NCBI GenBank assembly: GCA_965213705.1
Contig: OZ243913.1
Span: forward strand, 1,728,001-1,792,000
Reading direction: 5' to 3'
DNA: 64,000 bases
DNA from: Trueperaceae bacterium
GTDB lineage: Bacteria; Deinococcota; Deinococci; Deinococcales; Trueperaceae
The position numbers and the translations under genes are program-made. Positions 20,282-31,239 of this stretch are shown here, in pieces. Numbering within the stretch: position 1 is the first letter of the stretch; every line of letters begins with the position of its first letter. The notes under the pieces are model-generated. The model had not been told where the DNA came from. It did not search any database and was given only the letters and a program-made list of their open reading frames with translations.

Positions 20282-20479
20282 AATTACACCTTATACCAAA
20301 TCTTGGGAGGGGGGTAGGGAAAAAACTGCATGGGTGGGAGGCTCTTTAAGCGCCGCATGGTCGTCAGTATGAAACGAACTGCACCGACCCGCCGTCAGCA
20401 AGCTCACGTACTGAAAGCGCGCGGGTTGACCAAACGAAAACCCGCCCCAAACCTCGGAGCGGGTCGGGCAGCCTGAGCT

Positions 20480-21922
20480 TTACTCGGTTCCTTGGTTCGC
20501 ACTCACCTCGGCGGCTTGTTCGGACGCTTCGGCCGCGGCGTCTTCGTTTCCGGTGCTCTCGTCTTCGAAGTCGTCCTCGTCGTCCATCTCGGTTTGCCCT
20601 AAGAGTTCGCGCACCGTTTCGCGCACGGCCTTGTCGCGGGTGAGGGCGAAGCGGTAGTTCTCGAGCCATTCTTCGCCCGCCTCGCGGCGAAAGCGGCTCA
20701 CGTCCTGGTTCTCGCGCGACGCCATGTAGCGCACGGCGTCGTCGAACTCTTTGGCGCTCAGCGTCGTACCGCGGTTCTCGAGCAACCGCTCCAAGACCAT
20801 GTCCCGCTTGACGCCCAGCTCGGCGGCTTGTTGCAGTTCCGCGTCGAACTCGGTGCGTTTGTCGGTTCCGTCTAAGTTGGCAAGGTACGCTTCCAAACCG
20901 ACGCCGTTTTGCTGCAACTCCTGCGCCAGGTTGTTGAGCAGCGTCGCCTTGCGGCGATTGACGAGGCTTTTGGGCAATTCCAGGGTCGTTTCTTGGATGA
21001 GTTTGTCGACGAACTCTTCGCGTTGCGCCTGGAAGGCCTCGTTCTCGAGTTCGCGTTGTAAGTTCTCACGAATTTTCGCCTCGACCTCAGGCCAGGTCTC
21101 GAACCCGAGCGTTTTGGCGAGTTCGTCGTCGGCTTCGGGCTTCTCTTTTTCTTTGACGTCTTTGACCAGCACGGTCAGCTTGGGCAGTTCGGCCGCGGCG
21201 GCGCTTGCGGCAATCTCTTCTTCGGTGCCGCTCTCACCAGTGTCCGCGTCATCCTGGTCATCTTCTTCGTCGTACTCGTCTTCGTCGTCACTCCCCGAGG
21301 TGAGTGACAATTCAACCACGTCGCCCATCGCCTTGCCCAATAGTTGCTGCGCGAAGGCCGCGTCCACCCGTTCCAAGTCGATGGGGAGGACGCTGCCGCT
21401 CTCGACGCCGTCGCGCAGCGTCTCGACGAGCACGTAGTCACCCGGTTCCACCGCGCGGTCGACCGGGACGAGCGTGGCGTTTTCGCGCTGCAAGTCCTTG
21501 ACCGCTTCCGCGACCATGTCAGCGGTCAAGGGCGGTGCGGCGGTGTCGATGATGATTTCGCCCAAGTCCGGCAGGGTAAATTCGGGGTACAGGTCGACCT
21601 CGACCTCGAAAGTGTAGTCGCTGCCTTCGCTGGGTTCGTCGGCGTGAAAGTGGGCGTGGACCGGGGTCAGCTCCAGCTCTTTGACGGCTTTCGGATAGTT
21701 CGTTTCGACCAGGGCGTCGCGCACCTCTTGGTTGAGCGCGTCTTGTCCGACCCGCTGTACGAGCACCGCTTTGGGCGCTTTGCCCGGCCGAAAACCCGGC
21801 ACCTTGACCTGGCGTGCGACCGAGGTGAGGATGGCCCCGAAGGTTTTGTCCACGTCTTGCGCCGGGACGGTCACTTCGAACTTGGCGGACGCCGCTTGTT
21901 TGTCGATGAGTTTGGTTTGCAT
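20480..21922 (-). CDS. tig: Trigger factor
   Basis: VPGFRPGKAP signature; canonical tig-clpP-clpX order. Confidence 0.95.
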   Translation of the reverse strand: MQTKLIDKQAASAKFEVTVPAQDVDKTFGAILTSVARQVKVPGFRPGKAPKAVLVQRVGQDALNQEVRDALVETNYPKAVKELELTPVHAHFHADEPSEGSDYTFEVEVDLYPEFTLPDLGEIIIDTAAPPLTADMVAEAVKDLQRENATLVPVDRAVEPGDYVLVETLRDGVESGSVLPIDLERVDAAFAQQLLGKAMGDVVELSLTSGSDDEDEYDEEDDQDDADTGESGTEEEIAASAAAAELPKLTVLVKDVKEKEKPEADDELAKTLGFETWPEVEAKIRENLQRELENEAFQAQREEFVDKLIQETTLELPKSLVNRRKATLLNNLAQELQQNGVGLEAYLANLDGTDKRTEFDAELQQAAELGVKRDMVLERLLENRGTTLSAKEFDDAVRYMASRENQDVSRFRREAGEEWLENYRFALTRDKAVRETVRELLGQTEMDDEDDFEDESTGNEDAAAEASEQAAEVSANQGTE

Positions 21923-22101
21923 GGTTTCTCCTAGCTCTCGCTGTCAGCGTACCAGTGTACCCGAAAAGCCCGGCTCGGCAAACAGCGCCTCAGACAGTTT
22001 GGGCCGAGGCTCTGCTAAGTAACGGACTTGTTGCTAAGCCCACGTCCTCTTTCGTATACTGTTAAACGCCGCGCTGTTAGGTACGCCGTGCGGCCGGGTC
22101 T

Positions 22102-22179
<78 letters not shown>

Positions 22180-22243
22180 GGGTTTACGGGTATCATCTGT
22201 AAGTTACTGATAACGCCTATTTTTATAGATGATACCTACAAGT

Positions 22244-22319
<76 letters not shown>

Positions 22320-22392
22320 AAATCTTAAGGGTATCATCTATAATAAATGCAGAGGCACATCTTCAAGTGAACCAAAGATGCTACCTCTAAAT

Positions 22393-22469
<77 letters not shown>

Positions 22470-22500
22470 CGCAAAGCTCGTCGCAGAGCTGGACACGAAC

Positions 22501-22537
22501 ACCCGAAAAGCCTTCATGGTTTTTCGGGTTACTTTTT
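22501..22537 (+). terminator. Probable terminator of the tRNA operon
   Basis: ACCCGAAAA...TTTTCGGGT followed by T-rich tract. Confidence 0.65.
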
Positions 22538-22704
22538 ACCGGCATCTATTAAAGACCAAGACCAGTGTCCTAACAACCTTCCGGGGTTCAGGAAAACGCG
22601 CCCTTTGTCGCTGACCCAAGCCGACATGGTGTAACGCCTCCCCACTGAAACAGCGGGTGTTACTGTTCGAGTTCACGCACCGATTTAGTACACGCTTTGG
22701 CGCA

Positions 22705-22764
22705 ACCTAACGTTTGACCTAACGCACGAACGTACCTTATGGTGAACCCATCTGAACGTTAGGT
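22705..22764 (+). promoter_or_regulatory. Sigma70-type promoter with overlapping putative LacI operators
   Basis: TTGACC (22714) N18 TATGGT (22738); ACCTAACG at 22705 and 22717, inverted CGTTAGGT at 22757. Confidence 0.55.
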
Positions 22765-22770
22765 CGTGAC

Positions 22771-23772
22771 ATGAAAAAAGTTTCTCTGGCGGACATTGCC
22801 AGCGCTGTCGGCGTGTCCAAATTTTCGGTTTCCAGGGCGCTCGCGGGCAAGTCGGGTGTCAGCGAGGAGACGCGCGAGCTGGTCGTCGAAACGGCAAAAC
22901 GGCTGGGCTACCGCGTCAAGCCGGGGCGACAGCGGCTCATTTTTCAGTTCGACTTGGTCGTTTACAACGACGCCGACATGACCGAGTTTTGGATGGGCGT
23001 CATCACGGGCGCGCAGCGCGAAGCGAAACGGCTGGGCGTTTACCTGATAACCCGACCCATCCACGACGCCGAGGAAAGCCTGCAGCCCGCCGGTGGCGAA
23101 CTAGACGGGGTGATTGGCGGCAGCGGGTTGTCACGGGAGCTGCTCGAGCGCTACCGAACGCGCGGCGTCAAAACCGTCTTAATCAGCACGCCCGCGCCGG
23201 GCGACCCGTGGCACAGCGTGACCATTGCCGACGAGGAGGGCGCGTTCGCGGTGGGTCGACACCTCCAAACGTTAGGTCATGTTGCGCTTGCGTTTGTCAC
23301 CGACAGGGTCGCTAAAACGTCGTTCGCCAACCGCGAGCGCGGGCTGCGGCGCTACGCCGGGGACAAGGGGCTCGAGTACCGGCTCATCAAGGTGAACGGC
23401 CACGAGCCGGGTCGGTCTTTCGAGGGTGTCTTCGGTGGCTTGCTCAAAAACGGCGGCGCGCCCACCGGGCTCTACTGCGCCACCGACAGCCTCGCCTTTG
23501 CGGTCATCCACGCGCTGAACCGCCTGGGCTTGGGCGTGCCGCGCGACGTGTCGGTGGTGGGGGTTTACAACACGTTCGAGTCACGCAGCTCCGTACCACG
23601 ACTTACGACGCTGGACGTGCCGCGTGAGGAAATCGGCAAGCTGGCGGTGCGGCAGCTTTACGCGCTCGTCGCCACCCAAGAAGCGTTCGTGCCGACACGC
23701 GTCCAGGTCGCGCCGTCGCTGGTTGTCAGAGAGTCAACGGCCAAGGCCGGAAAGGGGAACTATGTCAGCTAA
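22771..23772 (+). CDS. LacI-family transcriptional regulator
   Basis: 'SLADIASAVGVSKFSVSRAL', 'VPRDVSVVG', 'PRLTT', 'LVVREST'. Confidence 0.95.
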   Translation: MKKVSLADIASAVGVSKFSVSRALAGKSGVSEETRELVVETAKRLGYRVKPGRQRLIFQFDLVVYNDADMTEFWMGVITGAQREAKRLGVYLITRPIHDAEESLQPAGGELDGVIGGSGLSRELLERYRTRGVKTVLISTPAPGDPWHSVTIADEEGAFAVGRHLQTLGHVALAFVTDRVAKTSFANRERGLRRYAGDKGLEYRLIKVNGHEPGRSFEGVFGGLLKNGGAPTGLYCATDSLAFAVIHALNRLGLGVPRDVSVVGVYNTFESRSSVPRLTTLDVPREEIGKLAVRQLYALVATQEAFVPTRVQVAPSLVVRESTAKAGKGNYVS

Positions 23773-24193
23773 CAGAGCAAGTAAACGGTTCGTTTCACCT
23801 GAGGACGTCGAAACGCATGTGTTCGACTGGGGCACCATCAAGTGGATGAGCGCGCCCGCCACCAACGGCGCGGAGAAGTTCACCACCGGCGTCGTACTGC
23901 TCAAGCCCGGCGCGGGTCACGCGCGGCACAACCACGAGAGCGTCGAGGAAATCCTCTACGTCGTGTCCGGCGAGGGCGAGCAGATGATAGAGCTGCCCGA
24001 CGGCAGCGAGGAGCGCAGACCGATTCGCGCCGGGATGCTGGTTCATATTCCCGCCGACGTGTTTCACGAGACCATGAACACCTCATGGGAAGAACTCAAA
24101 CTCATCGCCATCTACGCGCCGCCTGGCCCCGAAGACCTGTTGCGCGACTTTGCGGAAAAAATTCTGCCCGCGGGCGAAATACCCAAAGGTTAG
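23762..24193 (+). CDS. Cupin-domain protein
   Basis: '[22 protein letters not shown]' and 'IPADVFH' metal-binding motifs. Confidence 0.9.
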   Translation: MSANRASKRFVSPEDVETHVFDWGTIKWMSAPATNGAEKFTTGVVLLKPGAGHARHNHESVEEILYVVSGEGEQMIELPDGSEERRPIRAGMLVHIPADVFHETMNTSWEELKLIAIYAPPGPEDLLRDFAEKILPAGEIPKG

Positions 24194-24203
24194 CGGGGAC
24201 GCG

Positions 24204-25412
24204 GTGAAGGTTTACGTGATAGGCACCTGCGACACCAAGGGCGCTGAGCTGCGCTACATGCGCGACTTGCTCAAAGCGGCGGGGGTGGACACGGTTTTGG
24301 TAGACGTAGGCACCGGAGGCGACACTAGCAACGGTGGCGACAGGGGCGCAGTGGACGTGACGCCGCACGAGGTCGCGGCACACCATCCTGAAGGGGCTGA
24401 CAAGGTTTTTAGCGACGACCGGGGCGAGGCTGTCGCGGGGATGAGTCTGGCCCTCGAGCACTTTATAAAGTTGCGCGGCGACGTGGCGGGCGCGCTTTCC
24501 GCGGGCGGCTCGGGCGGCACGGCGTTGGTCGCGCCCGCGCTGCGCGCCCTGCCCATCGGCACGCCCAAGGTGATGGTGTCGACCGTCGCCTCCGGCAACG
24601 TCGCGCCCTACGTCGGCCCCAGCGACATCTGCATGATGTACTCGGTCACCGACGTACAAGGACTCAACAACATCAGCCGTCAGGTCTTGGGCAACGCGGC
24701 GCACGCGGTAGTGGGCATGGTCACCAACGAGGTGCCGAAGCTCAGCGACACGCGCCCGGCGGTCGGGCTGAGCATGTTCGGCGTCACGACGCCCTGCGTG
24801 CAGCAGGTGGTGGCGGCGTTGGAGGGGGACTACGACTGCTTGGTGTTCCACGCGACCGGCACGGGCGGGCAGTCGCTGGAAAAACTCGTGGACTCGGGTC
24901 TCGTTGTGGGCGTCGTCGACGCGACCACCACCGAAGTCTGCGACTTGCTGATGGGCGGCGTGTTCAGCGCGGGTGAGGACCGCTTCGGCAGCGTGATTCG
25001 CACGGGAGCGCCCTATGTAGGCTCGGTCGGGGCGCTCGACATGGTGAACTTCGGTGCCAAAGAGACGGTGCCGGACAAGTACAAAGACCGCAACCTCTAC
25101 GCCCACAATTCCCAGGTGACGCTCATGCGCACGACGGCGGAGGAAAACACCCGCATGGGCGAGTGGATTGCGAACAAGCTCAACCAGATGGAGGGCGAGG
25201 TGCGCTTTTTGCTGCCCCTCGGCGGCGTGTCGCTCATCGACGCGCCGGGGCAACCCTTTTACGACCCCGAAGCGGACCAAGCGCTGTTCGAAGCGCTCGA
25301 GGCCAATGTCCGGCAAACCGACAAGCGCAAACTCGTCAAGGTGGACCACAACATCAACGACCCCGAGTTTGCAGACGCGCTCGTGGAGCATTTCAGGGCG
25401 GTGAGCGCTTAG
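24204..25412 (+). CDS. Tm-1-like ATP-binding domain protein (UPF0261)
   Basis: 'GTCDTKGAE', 'GGSGGT', '[11 protein letters not shown]', '[10 protein letters not shown]', 'FHATGTGG', 'GALDMVNF', 'INDPEFA'. Confidence 0.92.
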   Translation: MKVYVIGTCDTKGAELRYMRDLLKAAGVDTVLVDVGTGGDTSNGGDRGAVDVTPHEVAAHHPEGADKVFSDDRGEAVAGMSLALEHFIKLRGDVAGALSAGGSGGTALVAPALRALPIGTPKVMVSTVASGNVAPYVGPSDICMMYSVTDVQGLNNISRQVLGNAAHAVVGMVTNEVPKLSDTRPAVGLSMFGVTTPCVQQVVAALEGDYDCLVFHATGTGGQSLEKLVDSGLVVGVVDATTTEVCDLLMGGVFSAGEDRFGSVIRTGAPYVGSVGALDMVNFGAKETVPDKYKDRNLYAHNSQVTLMRTTAEENTRMGEWIANKLNQMEGEVRFLLPLGGVSLIDAPGQPFYDPEADQALFEALEANVRQTDKRKLVKVDHNINDPEFADALVEHFRAVSA

Positions 25413-26242
25413 TGGCCTTTGCGCGTTCGGACATCTTGAACAAGTTCAAGGGCATGATAGCGCGCCGCGAACCCATCATCGGCGGCGGCGCGGGCACAGG
25501 CTTGTCCGCCAAGTGGGAGGAAAAGGGCGGCATCGACCTGATTGTGATTTACAACTCGGGGCGCTACCGCATGGCGGGGCGGGGCTCGCTGGCGGGCCTT
25601 CTCGCTTACGGCAACGCCAACGACATCGTCATGGACATGGCGAAAGAAGTTCTGCCCGTCGCCAAGAACACGCCCGTGCTGGCAGGTGTCAACGGCACCG
25701 ACCCCTTTTACGACCCAGACGTGTTTTTGGCCGAGCTGCGCCGCGTGGGCTTCTCCGGCGTGCAAAACTTTCCTACGGTGGGGCTTATCGACGGGAACTT
25801 CAGGGCCAACTTGGAAGAGACCGGGATGGGCTACGACCTAGAGGTCGACATGATTGCCCGCGCGCACAGGCTCGAGCTGCTGACGACGCCCTACGTTTTT
25901 AATAGCGAGGACGCCGAGGCCATGACCGCGGCGGACGCGGACATCCTCGTGTGCCACATGGGCCTCACCACCGGCGGCGGGATTGGCGCGGAAACGGCGC
26001 TGACCCTAGAAGACTGCGTACCCGTCATAGATGAGTGGTCAGACGCCGCGCTGAGCGTGCGCGACGACGTCATCATCCTCTGTCACGGCGGCCCCATCGC
26101 CATGCCGGACGACGCTGGTTATATTCTCGAGCACTGCAAAAACGTTCACGGCTTCTACGGTGCCAGCAGCATGGAGCGTCTGCCTGTGGAGAGAGCCCTA
26201 AAAGAGCAGACCGAAAAATTCAAGGCGCTACGGTTCGAGTGA
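25412..26242 (+). CDS. TIM-barrel 'PEP hydrolase'/signal-transduction family protein
   Basis: '[11 protein letters not shown]', '[19 protein letters not shown]', 'QNFPTVG', 'CHGGPI', '[10 protein letters not shown]'; GTG overlaps upstream TAG. Confidence 0.92.
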   Translation: MAFARSDILNKFKGMIARREPIIGGGAGTGLSAKWEEKGGIDLIVIYNSGRYRMAGRGSLAGLLAYGNANDIVMDMAKEVLPVAKNTPVLAGVNGTDPFYDPDVFLAELRRVGFSGVQNFPTVGLIDGNFRANLEETGMGYDLEVDMIARAHRLELLTTPYVFNSEDAEAMTAADADILVCHMGLTTGGGIGAETALTLEDCVPVIDEWSDAALSVRDDVIILCHGGPIAMPDDAGYILEHCKNVHGFYGASSMERLPVERALKEQTEKFKALRFE

Positions 26243-26264
26243 CGTCGCCCCGCCGAGGTCATTC

Positions 26265-27137
26265 GTGACCAAGTTTCTCATCGTCACCCTTAACGGGCTC
26301 ACGCTGGCCTCGCTCTACTTCATCGTGGCGTCGGGGTTCTCGCTCATCTTCGGCTTGATGCGGGTCGTCAACATGGCGCACGGTGCGCTCTATCTACTGG
26401 GCGCTTACGCAGGTTGGAGCCTGTGGGACGCGACCGGCAACTGGTGGCTGGCGCTGCTCGCGGGGCCTTTAGCGTCTGTCGCCGCCGGGCTGCTGATGCA
26501 GCGCTTTTTGTTGCGGCGGGTGGTGGGCGACGACCTGCGCGAGGCGCTTGTGACGGTTGCTGTAGGCATCATCATCGCCGACACGCTGCTGCGCGGGTAC
26601 GGCGGCGCGATTCGGCAGGTGCGCCCGCCCGCCGTACTGAGCGGCGCGACGCCGCTGGGGTTTATCGGCGTGCCCGCCTACCCGACGTTTCGTCTGGCGA
26701 TGGTGGGCGTAGCCGTGCTGGTGGGGGTGGGTCTATGGTACTTGCTGCAGCGCACCAAGCTCGGCATAGTTATCCGGGCCGGGATTGACGACCGCGCGAT
26801 GGTGGACGCTCTGGGTATCAACATCGACACCGTTTTCCTGGTGGTCTTCGCTCTGGGCTCTTTTCTGGCTGGGTTGGCGGGCGTGGTCGGCGCGTCCGCC
26901 CTGTCACTACGTCCAGGTGACGACGGGGTGTACCTCCTGTCGTCACTCATCGTGGTGATTGTGGGCGGTATGGGAAGTTTGGGCGGCGCGGCGGTGGGGG
27001 CGCTGCTGGTGGGGCTGGCGGGGCAGTATGGCTTAGCTTACACGCCGACCTACGCGAGCCTGTTGACCTTTGTGATTATGGTGGCGGTGCTGGCGCTGCG
27101 CCCCCGTGGTCTGCTCGGAAAGCAGCTCACGCGGTGA
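26265..27137 (+). CDS. Branched-chain amino acid-type ABC permease (LivH-like)
   Basis: 'GFSLIFGLMRVVNMAHG', 'VIVGGMGS'. Confidence 0.93.
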   Translation: MTKFLIVTLNGLTLASLYFIVASGFSLIFGLMRVVNMAHGALYLLGAYAGWSLWDATGNWWLALLAGPLASVAAGLLMQRFLLRRVVGDDLREALVTVAVGIIIADTLLRGYGGAIRQVRPPAVLSGATPLGFIGVPAYPTFRLAMVGVAVLVGVGLWYLLQRTKLGIVIRAGIDDRAMVDALGINIDTVFLVVFALGSFLAGLAGVVGASALSLRPGDDGVYLLSSLIVVIVGGMGSLGGAAVGALLVGLAGQYGLAYTPTYASLLTFVIMVAVLALRPRGLLGKQLTR

Positions 27138-28096
27138 ACCGCGCCGTGCGGCTGGCGCTGGGTGGCGGGGCGTTGTTGGGTTTGGTGACCTTACCCTTGT
27201 ACGCCTCTAACTTTGTCACCTTGCAAATCGGGGTGCAGTCGCTGTACTTAGCCATTTTAGCCATGAGCCTCGCGTTCCTGGCGGGCTACGGCGGCATGGT
27301 GTCGCTGGCGCAATTAGGGCTGTTCGGCGTGGGCGGCTACACCTTTGCCCACCTGGTCGTCATGCAGGGGTTCCCACCCGCTTTGGCCGTTCTCGCCGCC
27401 CTCGTCCTGCCGCCCCTCGTCGGGGTGGGGTTCGCGCTGGTTTCGGTCAGGACGGAAGGCATCTACTTTCTCATGATAACGCTGGCGCTGTCCATGCTGA
27501 CCTACGCCTTCGCCTTGCAAAACAGGGGATTGACGAGAGGCTTTTCGGGCATCAACGGGGTCGAGCCACCCACTTTCGGGGCGCTCAACTTAGAGAACAC
27601 TGTCACTTTCTACTACGTCACGCTTGCGTGTGCCCTCCTCGTGTACGCCCTCTTGCGCTACGTCGTCAGCACCCCTTTCGGGTTGGCCCTCCAGGCCATG
27701 CGGGACAACTCGCGCCGGATGCGTGCCCTCGGCTTCAACGTGACCGCGCACCGCGTGGCGGCCTTTGCGCTGGCCGCGTTCATAGCAGGGCTCGCCGGGA
27801 TTTTAGGTGTCTGGTACAACGGCCAGATGACGCCCAGCAGCATCGACCTAGGCCGCAACATCAACGTCCTCATCATCGCCGTGGTGGGGGGGCTGCTCTA
27901 CTTCGAGGGCGGCTTCGTCGGGGCCTTTTTCTTTGTGCTGGTCACGACCTTTGCCAGCTCGTTCACCGACCGGTTCAACACCCTTATCGGCGTCGCTTTC
28001 TTGCTTGTGGCTCTGTTTTTGCCAGGGGGCTTGATGGGTTTGGTCGACCGTTTGGTCAAGCCGCGCCAACTTCCCGTCGAGCGTGCCCCGCCATGA
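27134..28096 (+). CDS. Branched-chain amino acid-type ABC permease (LivM-like)
   Basis: 'GYGGMVSLAQ', 'GIYFLMITLA', 'PFGLALQAMRDN'. Confidence 0.93.
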   Translation: MNRAVRLALGGGALLGLVTLPLYASNFVTLQIGVQSLYLAILAMSLAFLAGYGGMVSLAQLGLFGVGGYTFAHLVVMQGFPPALAVLAALVLPPLVGVGFALVSVRTEGIYFLMITLALSMLTYAFALQNRGLTRGFSGINGVEPPTFGALNLENTVTFYYVTLACALLVYALLRYVVSTPFGLALQAMRDNSRRMRALGFNVTAHRVAAFALAAFIAGLAGILGVWYNGQMTPSSIDLGRNINVLIIAVVGGLLYFEGGFVGAFFFVLVTTFASSFTDRFNTLIGVAFLLVALFLPGGLMGLVDRLVKPRQLPVERAPP

Positions 28097-28200
28097 CCCC
28101 TTGGCCCTCGAGCACCTTCACCGAGGGAGGTGATAACCCCCGACCGAACACAGTCTGAAAGCAAACGAAACCAACCTTTGTGCAACAGAAGGGACACTAC

Positions 28201-29427
28201 ATGAAGAAGTTATGGTTAGGTTTACTGGCAACCCTGTTCGCCGTGACGCTGGCGCAGGAGCCGCTTAAAATCGGCACTGTGGCGGTGCTCGAGGGGGCCT
28301 TTACGGTGCTGGGCGAGGACTCGGTGCGCGGCGTCGAGATGGCGATTGCCGAATTTGGCGGCGAGGTGGCGGGCCGACCTATCGAGTTGAGCGTTGAAGC
28401 TTCCGACGCCACGCCCGACCGCGCGGTGAACGCGGTGCGCAAACTCGTGGAGCAAGAAGGCGTCGACATCGTTGTGGGACCCCTGTCGGGCGACGAGGGC
28501 ATCGCCGTCAAAAACTACGCCAAGACGCAGCCCCAAACGACCTTTTTGAACGGCGCGTCGGGCGCGCAAGACGCGACCCTGCGCGACCCGGCTGAAAACT
28601 TTTTCCGCTTCAACACCGACGGCACGCAGTGGATGGCCGGACTGGGCGACTACGCCTACAACGAAAAGGGCTATGAAAAAATCGTCACCATCGCTGAGGA
28701 CTACAGCTTTCCCTACTCGCAGGTGGGCGGTTTTCTGCTCGACTACTGTCAGGCGGGTGGCGAGGTCGTGGACCGGTTCTGGGCGCCTATCGGCACGACG
28801 GACTTCAGCTCCATCGTCGCGTCCATTCCCCGCGACGTAGACGCGATTTACGTGGCACTGGGCGGCGCGGACGCGGTGAACTTTTTGTCGCAGTACAACC
28901 AGTTCGGCGGCTCCGCCCCGATGATTGCCGGGTCCATCACCGTGGACCAGACCATCCTGAGCAGCGAGGGCGCGCTGCTGGACAACGTTGTCGGCGCGAT
29001 TTCCGCCGGCCCCATCGCTGACAACGACTCGAGCGAGGCTTTTCGCGCGTTCGTGGAGGGCTACAAGGAGCAGTTCCCCGACGCCTTCACCTCCCCTTCG
29101 CTGTTCGCCTGGGCGTACTACGTGAACACCTTGGCGGCGCTTACCGCCGTCGAAGAGGTCGGCGGCGACTTGTCGGACGGTCAAGCGGCGTTTCAAGCCG
29201 CACTTACCGACGTGGTTTTAGAAGGCCCGACCGGCACCATCACACTGGACGGCAACCGGCAAGCCATCGGCAACAACTACATCACCGAAATCGTCCAGAA
29301 CGACGACGGCACCCTGACCAGCGAACTGGTCGCCGTCGCCGAGGGCGTCAACCAAACGATGGGTATGGACGCGGACACCTACCTCGCCATCGGCGAATTC
29401 GGGCGCGACAACCCGACCTGCGAATAA
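28201..29427 (+). CDS. LivK-like ABC substrate-binding protein
   Basis: Signal peptide MKKLWLG..TLA; 'EFGGEVAGRPIEL', 'VGPLSG'. Confidence 0.92.
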   Translation: MKKLWLGLLATLFAVTLAQEPLKIGTVAVLEGAFTVLGEDSVRGVEMAIAEFGGEVAGRPIELSVEASDATPDRAVNAVRKLVEQEGVDIVVGPLSGDEGIAVKNYAKTQPQTTFLNGASGAQDATLRDPAENFFRFNTDGTQWMAGLGDYAYNEKGYEKIVTIAEDYSFPYSQVGGFLLDYCQAGGEVVDRFWAPIGTTDFSSIVASIPRDVDAIYVALGGADAVNFLSQYNQFGGSAPMIAGSITVDQTILSSEGALLDNVVGAISAGPIADNDSSEAFRAFVEGYKEQFPDAFTSPSLFAWAYYVNTLAALTAVEEVGGDLSDGQAAFQAALTDVVLEGPTGTITLDGNRQAIGNNYITEIVQNDDGTLTSELVAVAEGVNQTMGMDADTYLAIGEFGRDNPTCE

Positions 29428-29583
29428 TTCTGAGCCCAGTCAGCCTCTTCCTGAAAAACAGGAGGAGGCTGTTACCAAAAGTTTTTCGACCTTCGCAGTT
29501 ACCGAGTGCCACCGAGCAAAACAAACACCCTGTCTTTATATGTTAGGTGAACAAGTTTATTTTATGAACAAGAATGCAGCCCT

Positions 29584-30330
29584 ATGACGACCAACGCACT
29601 CGAGCTGACAAGCTTAGGCGTTCAGTTCGGCGGGATTCACGCCGTCAAGGACGTGACGTTGCAGGTGACGGCGGGTGAGCGGCGCGCGGTGCTGGGACCC
29701 AACGGGGCGGGCAAGTCGAGCCTGTTCAACCTCGTGGCCGGCGAATACGCGCCGACTTCGGGCAATATCCGCATGTTCGGACGTGAGGTGACGCGGCTGC
29801 CTATCTACAAACGCAGCCGTTTAGGGCTCGGGAGGACGTATCAGACTTCCGCCCTGTTCCCGCACCTGTCCATCCTTCAACACTTGTATTTGGCCGTGCG
29901 CGGCTGCAACAGCGGGCGCATGAGCCTCAGACCTCTTAAAAAATCAGACACCTATTACCGTCAGGCGCAAGACTTGGCGCAGCAGGTCGGTTTGTTCGAA
30001 AAGGGTGACCGCCTCGTTTCGGATGTTTCCCACGGTGAGCAGCGGCAGCTGGAAATCGGGCTGGCGCTAGCGGGTGAGCCCAGGCTGGTCTTGCTGGACG
30101 AGCCCGCCGCCGGACTCTCGCAAGGAGAACGCGCCCGCCTAGTGAGCCTGCTGAAAGCTTTACCCAAAGACCTCACCCTGATGATTATCGAACACGACAT
30201 GGACGTGGCGTTGGAGGTCGCTGACCTCATCACCGTGATGCACGACGGAAAGGTACTCGTGACCGAAACGCCCGCAGACCTGCGGCAAAACAGAGAAATT
30301 CACGCGCTGTACCTGGGCAAGCGTGAGTGA
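29584..30330 (+). CDS. ABC ATPase (LivG-like)
   Basis: GPNGAGKS, SHGEQ, LLDEP, IEHDM. Confidence 0.94.
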   Translation: MTTNALELTSLGVQFGGIHAVKDVTLQVTAGERRAVLGPNGAGKSSLFNLVAGEYAPTSGNIRMFGREVTRLPIYKRSRLGLGRTYQTSALFPHLSILQHLYLAVRGCNSGRMSLRPLKKSDTYYRQAQDLAQQVGLFEKGDRLVSDVSHGEQRQLEIGLALAGEPRLVLLDEPAAGLSQGERARLVSLLKALPKDLTLMIIEHDMDVALEVADLITVMHDGKVLVTETPADLRQNREIHALYLGKRE

Positions 30331-31027
30331 GGTGCCGCTGCTCAGCGTAGAGGAGTTGAACGTGTACTACGGCAGCGCCCACACGTTACAAGACGTGTCG
30401 TTCACGCTTGAAAGCGGCGCGGTCGCCCTAGTCGGGCGCAACGGGATGGGCAAAACTACGCTCTGCAACGCGCTCATGGGCCTCGTTCCGGCGCGCTCGG
30501 GTAGTGTAGCTGTCAACGGGCAAACCCTAAACGGCAAAAAACCGCACCAGCGGGCGCGGCAGGGCGTGGGTTACGTGCCGCAAGGACGGCGTATCTTCCC
30601 GTCGTTGACGGTCCACGAACACCTGGCGATGCTCTCGCAAAAAGGGGCGGCCTGGACGACTGAGCGTGTCTACGACCTATTCCCTCGGCTTTACGAGCGG
30701 CGCGGCAGCGGCGCGGGCAAGCTCTCCGGCGGCGAGCAGCAGATGTTGGCCGTGGCTCGAGCCCTACTCCTCAACGCACGTCTGCTGGTCATGGACGAAC
30801 CCTCCGAGGGTTTGGCGCCCGTGATTGTCGACCAGTTGGTAGAAACGCTGAACGCCCTCGTAGAAGAGGACATCGGTTTGCTTATCGTCGAGCAGAAGTT
30901 GGAGGTGGCGGCGCACCTGTCAAACCGCATCCTGGTCATGATGAACGGGCGGATTGTGACGGAGACGAGCGCAAGCGACCTGCTGACCGACGAAGGGGCG
31001 CAGCGGCGTTACCTGGGGATAGGTTGA
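30323..31027 (+). CDS. ABC ATPase (LivF-like)
   Basis: GRNGMGKT, LSGGEQQM, MDEPSEGLAP, VEQ. Confidence 0.94.
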   Translation: MSEVPLLSVEELNVYYGSAHTLQDVSFTLESGAVALVGRNGMGKTTLCNALMGLVPARSGSVAVNGQTLNGKKPHQRARQGVGYVPQGRRIFPSLTVHEHLAMLSQKGAAWTTERVYDLFPRLYERRGSGAGKLSGGEQQMLAVARALLLNARLLVMDEPSEGLAPVIVDQLVETLNALVEEDIGLLIVEQKLEVAAHLSNRILVMMNGRIVTETSASDLLTDEGAQRRYLGIG

Positions 31028-31239
31028 GCAACCGTTGACGCTAGGCCGGAACCCGACGAATTTCAGAATTTCCAAAATGACTGGGTCGGTAACCTTGAAA
31101 AGGGTGCGGTTATTTCTGGAAGCGGCGGTGTGTGCAAAGTGCGCTACGCTCACCCCGTCAACAGCAAACGCAAAGGTTACAAACGCAAAGGTTGCGAATC
31201 AACAAAGGTCGTGAATCCACAAAGGCTATAACTATAGGC

